This document shows positions 45,702 through 53,579 of a stretch of 64,000 nt of DNA, piece after piece. The stretch is from NCBI GenBank assembly GCA_004431415.1, contig QPMI01000115.1:1-64000 (forward strand), in the 5' to 3' direction. Within the stretch, counting starts at the first letter, position 1. Each line of letters opens with the position of its first letter. This DNA comes from Cyanophora paradoxa CCMP329 (Eukaryota; Plantae; Glaucophyta). A program made the translations under genes and the position numbers. The notes under the pieces are model-generated. The model did no database searches and had not been told where the DNA came from. It saw nothing but the letters and a program-made list of their open reading frames with translations.

Positions 45702-47068
45702 AAAGTAAGACCTCCGTAATATCTAAATTGATAGATGAGAGAATAACAGAGATCTTTTCAGGGTTGGAGAAAGCGGAGAAGCAGATAGCAGCGCGATTTC
45801 CGAGTTAATCACACTGAGATTTTGAAGAAATATAACATGTATTATTGAATATCGTCATGTGTAACAGGTGTAACAGGTAAATCCCAAACTTCGCTCCTAG
45901 GAGGTGAAAAATCCAAAACTTTGGGATTTACCTGTTACACCCGTTACACCTTGGGATTCACCTGTTACACGTTGGGATTCATCCGTTACACCTTGGGATT
46001 CACCTGTTACACCTTGGGATTCATCCGTTACACCTTGGGATTCATCCGTTACACCTTGGGATTCACCCGTTACACGTTGGGATTCATCCGTTACACCTTG
46101 GGATTCACCTGTTACACATTGATTATCGATTGATTAATTGGACGTGTTACACTTGAAACACAATTTTGATACAGTAAAAAACAGAATCCAATCTCATCGA
46201 TTGTTTAATTGGACATAATGCAACTCTGGGGTCATTTTTGATACAGTAAAAATCGAACCGCAATCTCATCGATTGTTTAATTGGACGTAATGCAACTATG
46301 GGGTCATTTTTGATACAGTAAAAATCGAACCGCAATCTCATCGATTGTTTAATTGGACATAATGCAGTAACCATCCCTTCCAACAAAATACGCCGCAATC
46401 TCATCGATTGTTTAATTGGACATAATGCAGTAACGAGTGAATTATTTTCATCCGATATTTCATCGATTGTTTAATTGGACATAATGCAGTAACGAGTGAA
46501 TTATTTTCATCCGATATTTCATCGATTGTTTAATTGGACATAATGCAGTAACCATCCCTTCCAACAAAATACGCCGCAATCTCAACGATTGTTTAATTGG
46601 ACGTAATGCAACTCTGTGTGAATTTTTGCGTTTTACGATAGAATGGGCGGTGGACTACTTCAATCGTGATTATATCACAAAAATTATGTTCCTTTAATCG
46701 AGATTATATCGATTTTGCATAAAATACAAATTAATCGCGTTTATATCAATCGCAAAATACGTATTTTTCATTTAAATACAAATTAATCGCGTTTGTATCA
46801 TTAAATCAATCGAGAAATACGTAATTTATCAAAAATTTATATAAATTTCATAAAATCATAATTTAATTGATATTATACCAATTAATTTAATCGAATTTAT
46901 TTAAATTTAATTGATTTTATTAAAAATTTTGATTTATTTTTTAAATATTTTCGATTAATTTACACATAAATAAAAACAAATTTAAATCCTGAGCGACAGA
47001 GCGAAATGAGCGCGAAGCGCGAATTGAGCGATAGAGCGAGGGATTTAAATTTGTTTTTATTTATGTGT
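45702..47068 (-). repeat. PLV-2 right TIR (1367 bp) with a 21-bp tandem array (about 45921-46118) and a repeat-spacer array (about 46190-46612)
   Basis: TTGGGATTCA(T/C)C(C/T)GTTACAC(C/G) about nine times; core CGATTGTTTAATTGGAC(A/G)TAATGCA seven times; both ends match the left TIR. Confidence 0.9.
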
Positions 47069-48165
47069 AAAGTGAGTTCAGGTATCTCAGTCTTGTCGTC
47101 TTTGTCAATAGTAACCATCCCAATGCGGTAAGGTGACAGAACCTTTTCCACAATTTCCTCAAATGTAAAGCCCCAATCATCACCTTCTACTGGGTCACGT
47201 CCACGAATCATTTTGAATATACCGTTGTGGCTCCAATCAACCGATTTATACTTGCCTTTGGAATTGGCTTTCTGGAACGCTTGGGCGAAGTGCATAACAA
47301 GAACATCAGGAACGCAGCGACCCACTTTGAAGTTGTCACCGCGTACAAAGAGTTCCCCCAATGTCTTTGCTTGTGGGTTGGTCTCAGTTCGCAGATACTT
47401 GGAGATGATCATTGGGGCATGTTGCGAATCCCGTAGTGCTTGCTGTTGTCTCGGTACATACGCTTGATTGTCTGTGGTAATGATTCGCTCGAATGTGACA
47501 ATATCCCCGTAAATATCATTTTGAACTTTAACGAAGAATCGGAAATCACGATTGCCCACATTCGCTTGTGCGATCGCTAACATGAACTCTTGGATATTCT
47601 CAACACCCATCAGAGCTGGGAAGGTATTGAACGTGTTTTTGATTTTGTCAAGTGACTTCAACAGATCCTCTTTCGAACACTGAATTGCGAGAGGTTGGTT
47701 AGTGCTTGTCTTCTTCATCTCGAAGTAGAACATACCGCCATCCTCGACCACATTGGAATTAGCGGGCAGGTTTGGGATCTTATCAGGTGTGATGTCCTTG
47801 TAGACTCGGACATGCAGAACTACCATATTTCCGGGTGAGTTCTGGATGTACTCGCGAAGGTTATCCATCATTTCTTGGAAGGGATCCCGACGCTTGCGCT
47901 TCTCACGCTTCTCAATGTTCTTAGCCGTCCTCTCCGCCTTTGCCTCCTTCTTCTGTTGCTTACGCTCAAACCGCTGGTAGAGCGAACGATTGATTTGTCT
48001 AATGATATCATCCAACTTATCCTCTCGTGGTCGCTGGTAAGTTACCACATCGAGAAACTCTTCGAACTTCTCACGGTTTATCTTGTCGTCTACGAACGCT
48101 TGCATAGACTTCGCCACAATCTCTTGCTTCTTCTTTCTCAGCCTCAAATTCGACGCTCGCGGCAT
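47069..48165 (-). CDS. N-terminal part of the PLV-1 replicase gene (interrupted by PLV-2)
   Basis: Reads MPRASNLRLR...KTEIPELT and, after removing 14490-47068 plus one TSD copy, continues in frame as FKPKTRNTHLTPSVAYVKIENGHLY. Confidence 0.9.
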
Positions 48166-48402
48166 GTTGCTTCTTTCTTATTCTATACAAATAAATTATT
48201 TCTTTAAGTGATTTTCATAGCAAGACGTCATTTTTTGACCAATTGGGAATATCCACCGGTCAAGCAAATTATAAAAAGAAGGAAAGGGTTCGACCATCAT
48301 TCGATGGTTCTAAAAATAACTCGAATGGGGTTGTTTATCTTTTTGAAGCGCGTTTACCGCGATTTCGTCTTTCTCAGAGCAAGCGCGCCGAGAAAAACAA
48401 GA

Positions 48403-48657
48403 TTAGAAGTAAATGGATGGGCGCCCACGATTGGAATAGGGAACGCCATACAGATACTTGATGTAGCACACAGCGTTAGCGGTGTACTGGCGTTGTGAAC
48501 TCTCCATGATTTTCATTGCCCGGTAACATTCATCGGAATTGTAAATCTCAGTCATTTGTTTGGAGAGTTTTGTACTGTACTTCTTCAAATACTCCCGTCC
48601 TTTCTCTGTCTTGCGGTAGCGGTAAATGGCGCGTTTCTGGGCTTCGCTGATCGGCAT
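48403..48657 (-). CDS. Small basic protein of PLV-1 with RGRP motif
   Basis: MPISEAQKRAIYRYRKTEKGRE...NRGRPS; preceded by the shared upstream motif at 48741. Confidence 0.7.
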   Translation of the reverse strand: MPISEAQKRAIYRYRKTEKGREYLKKYSTKLSKQMTEIYNSDECYRAMKIMESSQRQYTANAVCYIKYLYGVPYSNRGRPSIYF

Positions 48658-48982
48658 TCTCTCCTTGTTCCTCTTCTGATATATAGCAAGAAATCTTTAA
48701 ATCCTTTTTGTTATTGGTATATACCCTTTTAGGAACATCGTCATTTTTTGCGCATCGTTACTGAGAAGATGCCGGAAAAATAAGTCGAAGGTCACCCCTT
48801 CAAGTTTCTACGAATGAACCCCGCAGAACAGGTGATTTTAAAGCGTGATCATGGATATCACAACTTTTCTACAACGCCACTTATAAAAATAAGTAAACGT
48901 GAGCGCAAACTTTCGGAATGGATGTTTAGCGCTATTCTTTAAAGAGATTATTTTAGCGTGAGAATGATGCGTGAGCTGTCGC

Positions 48983-49759
48983 TTAACGACGGTAGCCTGG
49001 ACGAATGCCCAACTTAGCGAATCCTGAAACCATTGGCGCCGCATTGGGAATCGAGTTAAGCGGGTCGGATTGCGATGTAGCCACCCTCAAAATAGATTTA
49101 TTAAGCACCGGCAAATCGGTTTTGTTCGATTCTTGATAATCAATAGTCTTAGCGATTAATTCGGTTGGTGATTCCTTGACAACCTTAATGGGATCAGGTA
49201 GCACATCAAAAGTAACTTCGGGTTTCTTCTCTACCTTCTCTTTGGTTATAGGTTGCTCTTTGATCTTCTTCTCTTTTTGTGTCTCATCGGCGATTCCCTC
49301 AATGAGACTTTTAGCGTGTTGGTATGTGATCGTTTTTAGACCGCCTGTTACCGCTCTAATAAAGTAACGGTTGCGGTGGTCTTTCTCAGAATAGGTTGAG
49401 TATAGACGTTCACCGCCATCAAGGAGTTTAAGAAGGGTCGACGATGTTGCTACCTTCTCAGTGGTCGATGATTTGAACTGACCCTTTTTAATTCCGCGCT
49501 TTGCACCGGGCATACGGTTTAGCGGGACTTGATTAACAAGGGCGTTATCATCATGCACATCTTTTGTTGATGCTTGTGTATATTGGTTTCTGTCTTTGTG
49601 AACGTCACGATCAATGTCACCATTACCATACGCTGCAACACCCTTGGATTTCTTGTACCAATTCCTTCCTTTCATTTCACCATCGCCAACGTCCGCTTCC
49701 ACCGCTGGTTTGGCTAAGAAATTCTTAGGTTGAGTCTTGCGAGGCATTTGAAATAACAC
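48983..49759 (-). CDS. Hypothetical Lys-rich protein of PLV-1 (possible core protein; likely start MPRKTQ)
   Basis: ORF directly downstream of the penton gene. Confidence 0.65.
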   Translation of the reverse strand: MLFQMPRKTQPKNFLAKPAVEADVGDGEMKGRNWYKKSKGVAAYGNGDIDRDVHKDRNQYTQASTKDVHDDNALVNQVPLNRMPGAKRGIKKGQFKSSTTEKVATSSTLLKLLDGGERLYSTYSEKDHRNRYFIRAVTGGLKTITYQHAKSLIEGIADETQKEKKIKEQPITKEKVEKKPEVTFDVLPDPIKVVKESPTELIAKTIDYQESNKTDLPVLNKSILRVATSQSDPLNSIPNAAPMVSGFAKLGIRPGYRR

Positions 49760-49779
49760 AACAAAAATAATTTACAAAA

Positions 49780-50682
49780 TTACATATTACGGGAGAACGG
49801 CAAGTAAACGCCTTCTAACTCTTTTATGACGTTTTTCAATGCCTTCTTTGTCAGATCCTTGTCATCTTGTGTTATCAGTTCAAGAGTCATCGACCAATCA
49901 GTGGTAATATCGGTTTCTACACCATTCCAATACGTGAGACGCACTTTCAGTGTTTCAACTTCTACTTCCCCATTCTGCTCATGCAAGATCATAGAGTTAT
50001 TTGCTGAATCATATTTCAGAAGACTACCTACCGTTTGGTCGATCTCAATTTTAGCAAGCGCTTTATCGTCACTGGTGTTCTTGCTTACGTAATTGCCTTT
50101 GAAGGGGTCAACATGTAGAAGGATGTAAGAATTGAACAGAAGATCAAGTGGTATTACGCTATCGACGTAATGGTTGTAAGTGATTGAACCAATCTCAACT
50201 GGCGCATCAAGTGGAGCGGAAGCGTAACCATTTTCCGAACTTGCAGGTGTAAGATCAGGGAAACCAAGGAAGTTCGCTAAGATCCTACTACCAAATCGTA
50301 GGTTAAATACTGCATCCGACATGAACCTTAGAGATATGGTAACAGGATCGTATGTCACATGGAAATGGCGAGTGTAGGTAGTTCCAACTGCACCATATGA
50401 CTGTGAGGCGAGTTTTGCATTTAGTAGATTCACCAAACTATCTGTTGTGTATGTACCTTTCGTAATAATATTACTTCTGGTCTTAATCACATTTGCAGCA
50501 TCGTAAGTAGATGTAATGAGCGTTCCATTTTCGCTGAGATTGTAGATGTTGTTGAACATTTCGAAATTGGTAACGCGACACGCTTTAACCTTCTGGATTG
50601 CATGGGGAAGTTTGTAAGTAAAGTTTGTTGGGGTTCCATCATCTCGGTCTCTGGAATCAATATTAAGATAATGACGCGTCAT
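49780..50682 (-). CDS. Minor capsid (penton) protein of PLV-1
   Basis: LNIDSRDR...NFTYKLPHAIQKV; ETLKVRLTYWNG...DWSMTLEL. Confidence 0.85.
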   Translation of the reverse strand: MTRHYLNIDSRDRDDGTPTNFTYKLPHAIQKVKACRVTNFEMFNNIYNLSENGTLITSTYDAANVIKTRSNIITKGTYTTDSLVNLLNAKLASQSYGAVGTTYTRHFHVTYDPVTISLRFMSDAVFNLRFGSRILANFLGFPDLTPASSENGYASAPLDAPVEIGSITYNHYVDSVIPLDLLFNSYILLHVDPFKGNYVSKNTSDDKALAKIEIDQTVGSLLKYDSANNSMILHEQNGEVEVETLKVRLTYWNGVETDITTDWSMTLELITQDDKDLTKKALKNVIKELEGVYLPFSRNM

Positions 50683-50734
50683 TCTGTTTAATAATGTAAA
50701 TTAAAAATTTCTTTTCGTATTTTAAACATAAGAC

Positions 50735-51961
50735 ATGGCTCTTACTGGAACGACCCTTAAAGAACTCCTTGTAACTCCCGGATCGGATCAAATTTACCTA
50801 TCACCCGGTCTCCAAATCGGAACCAACCCCAAATACAAACCATTCCTCGAACAAGTCCGTCCACGCGGTAATACCTTTGGGTTTAAGACGACCGCTTACT
50901 TCGATCTCCCACGCAAGCAACTCCTCAGTGGCGTTTCGCTTTATTTCAAAGTGACCACTGGTGGTGGTGTTGCTTGCACTCTTCCCAATGGCGGCGCTTC
51001 ATTCATCAATGAGATCCGCTTCGTACATGGTGGGTTTAAGTACATCATCCCCGGTGATTGGATTACTGTTAATGCCCTGGTTGATACTGATCATTCTACC
51101 ATGGGTAGTCTGCATGCTTCTCTCGGTTTCTTCAAGGAAATTGAACGTGACAGCACCAATGAATCGATGGAGTACATTGTAAGAATTCCCGCGCAATTCT
51201 GGGATGATGCGTATTTCCCTCTTTGCGTTCTGGCGGATATGCCCACGATTGAGGTTGATTTCCGCGATGTTGGAATAGTTGAAGTCCCTGCTGGTGGATC
51301 GGTAAGCATTGCGGACTGTTCACTCATCTGTCAATTTGTTAATATTGCTTCTGCGGAGGCTGAGACTCTGTTAAAGACGGCGAATGAGCAAGGCGGTATT
51401 CGCATCCCTATTACTGAGGTGATCCACAAGAAGACTCGTGCGCTGAAAACTGCCGATGCTGGGGAAACCGTCGAGGTGACGCTTGCTAATGTTTCTGGTC
51501 TGGTTCACAGTATTCTGATGACGGTACGTGAGGTAAATAAACTCAATACTTACACTCACTCTGACTTCTGCGGTCACGTTTCGGATGTTAAAATTGATCA
51601 GTTCCAAATCTTCCACAACAACCGTTCGCTCGATATTTCCAACAAACCAATTAGCGGTTTCCTCTCCGCTATTAATCACATTCCTACTCATTATAAGGGT
51701 GTTACAGTTGGTAATGTCTCTTATGGATTTGAGGCTGGTAATGTTTACGGAATTGTTCTCAGCAAGAGCGGCAAGGATTCCCTACACAACTCCGTCATGG
51801 GATACCAAGATTTCTTCAACTCTTCGAGTTCGTACATGGATCTGACCGTTTCTGGTTGCACTGATGCGGCGCCGGTTCAGGTGGATATTTACGCGCTCCG
51901 TCACAATGTCATGGTTCTCAACGGCTATAACATTTCCACACTGAAAGTTTCCAACTTCTAA
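50735..51961 (+). CDS. Major capsid protein (double jelly-roll) of PLV-1
   Basis: 408 aa; FDLPR..LLSGVSLYF, FINEIRF..GG, VRIPAQFW...FPLCVL...IEVDFR; colinear blocks shared with the PLV-2 MCP (LANVSGLVHSILMTVR vs LSQISGLVYALLVSVR). Confidence 0.85.
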   Translation: MALTGTTLKELLVTPGSDQIYLSPGLQIGTNPKYKPFLEQVRPRGNTFGFKTTAYFDLPRKQLLSGVSLYFKVTTGGGVACTLPNGGASFINEIRFVHGGFKYIIPGDWITVNALVDTDHSTMGSLHASLGFFKEIERDSTNESMEYIVRIPAQFWDDAYFPLCVLADMPTIEVDFRDVGIVEVPAGGSVSIADCSLICQFVNIASAEAETLLKTANEQGGIRIPITEVIHKKTRALKTADAGETVEVTLANVSGLVHSILMTVREVNKLNTYTHSDFCGHVSDVKIDQFQIFHNNRSLDISNKPISGFLSAINHIPTHYKGVTVGNVSYGFEAGNVYGIVLSKSGKDSLHNSVMGYQDFFNSSSSYMDLTVSGCTDAAPVQVDIYALRHNVMVLNGYNISTLKVSNF

Positions 51962-52096
51962 GCGCGGTTTCGCCCGCGCGCAACGACCGAAGGAATTAAA
52001 GTTCTTTTCTTTCTTTAAAGTAGGAAGCCTGCGAATTGCGTATAGGTTAGCGCATGATTTTGTTTTTTATCTTATTACTGTAACGGACACACAGTA

Positions 52097-52848
52097 ATGG
52101 ATGTAGATTTAAATGATATTCCGGAATTCGACCCGGTAAAAACAGCTAAACTCCTTCGCGTTTTCTCCTTGCCGGACGCAGCAATTCTGGTAAGACAACG
52201 TATTGTAAATATCTACTTTATGAACTGCGGGATAAGATTGATCAGATTGTAGTGTTTAGTTCCACTGCGTTTACCGGTCAGTTCAGAGATATAACGCATC
52301 CTGATAATATATATGAGGAATGGGACGATAATGTAGTAGTGAAACTCATTAGTATGCAAAAGAAACGAATTGAGAACAATGAGAAGCGCAATAGTTTAGT
52401 TATAATACTTGATGATATGATAGGTTCCTCTTTGGATATGCATAATTCCGCTGTGTTATCTAAATTAATAACAACGGCAAGACATTATTCGATTACAGTA
52501 ATAATTAATACTCAACGTTTATGCTCTATTTCTACTACCATTCGTCGTAATGTGGAATTCATTGTATTTTTCAATATTCTTGGGAACGAGAAAGAGTTTA
52601 ACTGCGCTTACGATGAGTATAACGGAGGAATGGATAAGAAGACTTACAAGGAACTACATAGACTTTGGGGTTACAATTACCAAACAGTCATAACTGGACT
52701 GCAAGGGTATGATATAAAGACCTATACCGACCGAGCGATTTTAACAGATGATGATATGAAGGCTTTTCGCAAGTTTGTGAAGCGACGAGCGATAAAAAAG
52801 AGAGTTTCGATACGAATTAGTAACGAGCCAACAACGATAACAGTGTAG
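52097..52848 (+). CDS. A32/FtsK-like packaging ATPase of PLV-1, ~250 aa, one frameshift near 52154
   Basis: ATG 52097; FLLAGRSNSGKT Walker A upstream of the tracked ORF, IILDDM Walker B, ARHYSITVIINTQ, IRRN. Confidence 0.88.
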
Positions 52849-53108
52849 TTGGAAAGCGCTTTTTACGAGCATTCCGGCGCTTGTTTCAGATTTGAATGGC
52901 GATGATCTGGTGAAGAGTTACGATTATTTCCGTACTTCGGTTGTTCGTGTGTGTATGCTCGTATATATATACTTTTCCCGGAATTCAAAATCATCAAATT
53001 CGACGTCATCGCGTTACCACTGAGCCAACAGTATGATGTCATTGCGTTACATCATCGCATAAACTTTTTTTGAAAGTTTTCATCAGACATCATGTCATTA
53101 CATCATTG

Positions 53109-53149
53109 AGTTACAGGAGTTTATCGCGAACCGATAAACTCCTGTAACT
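53109..53149. terminator. Perfect 18-bp-stem hairpin downstream of the PLV-1 ATPase gene
   Basis: AGTTACAGGAGTTTATCG-CGAAC-CGATAAACTCCTGTAACT; function inferred. Confidence 0.5.
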
Positions 53150-53226
53150 TTTCACCAACTGCTCCGTTTTCAATTCTGAAAACAGATTCGGAATCGTCGC
53201 GACTCGCGACGCCCTCTATACTGTTC

Positions 53227-53579
53227 AAGTATAATCTAAGAAGTCGTGCATGATTTATTTTTATTAAACTTTTGGTTAAAAGTTACTGTGAATCGTGGGA
53301 GACACCGCGCGAAAAAAGACGAATTCTTACTGTGTATCGAGCGGAATCGTGCGGAATCGTGGGAGAAGAGGCATTCTGCCGACTTAACGAAGTCACCGCG
53401 CATAAAAAGATGAATTGGGTCGAGTTAATCGATGAAGTTGTATTATATCGATTGTGAAACCGAAATTATCGATCGTGACACTGAGCCTTACGGTGATTTT
53501 CGATTAGATTCGATGCTGTTACGGTGAATCGTAAGGATCCGCGGATTTAATTGTTGGAGACACCGCGCCAAGCTGAGCT
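53227..53579 (-). repeat. PLV-1 right TIR (353 bp)
   Basis: Reverse complement of 10117-10469. Confidence 0.95.

Larger units (their letters stand above)
14490..47068. mobile_element. Endogenous Polinton-like virus PLV-2 (inner element, 32,579 bp including a 4.65-kb duplication)
   Basis: TIRs begin ACACATAAATAAAAAC (14490) and end GTTTTTATTTATGTGT (47068); 6-bp TSD AAAGTG at 14484-14489 and 47069-47074; own integrase, pPolB, primase-helicase, MCP, pentons and ATPase. Confidence 0.93.
10117..53579. mobile_element. Endogenous Polinton-like virus PLV-1 (outer element; 10,878 bp without PLV-2)
   Basis: 353-bp TIRs with AG...CT termini, 5-bp TSD ACCGA (10112-10116, 53580-53584), sharp switch from GC-rich host DNA to AT-richer intronless genes; encodes integrase, replicase, penton, MCP and ATPase. 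Confidence 0.93.

Noticed and set aside
45143-45808. 221-aa + strand ORF ending like the AdoMetDC
   Set aside because: Antisense to 44984-45601; the shared C-terminus is just the TIR copy and lacks the catalytic part.
45904-46404. Repetitive ORFs (VTPWDSS; CPIKQSMRL)
   Set aside because: Translations of TIR tandem arrays.
46190-46612. Bona fide CRISPR array
   Set aside because: Spacers are repeated (A,A',B,C,C,B), no cas genes are present, and the context is a eukaryotic viral TIR; kept only as a repeat-spacer finding.
46960-47068. C-terminus of the tracked 401-aa ORF
   Set aside because: Read-through into the PLV-2 TIR; the real continuation is at 14483.
10117-53579. Classification as virophage or canonical Maverick/Polinton
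   Set aside because: No adenain/Ulp1-like maturation protease recognised in either element and the MCPs are shorter than virophage MCPs; PLV fits better, pending an HMM search.
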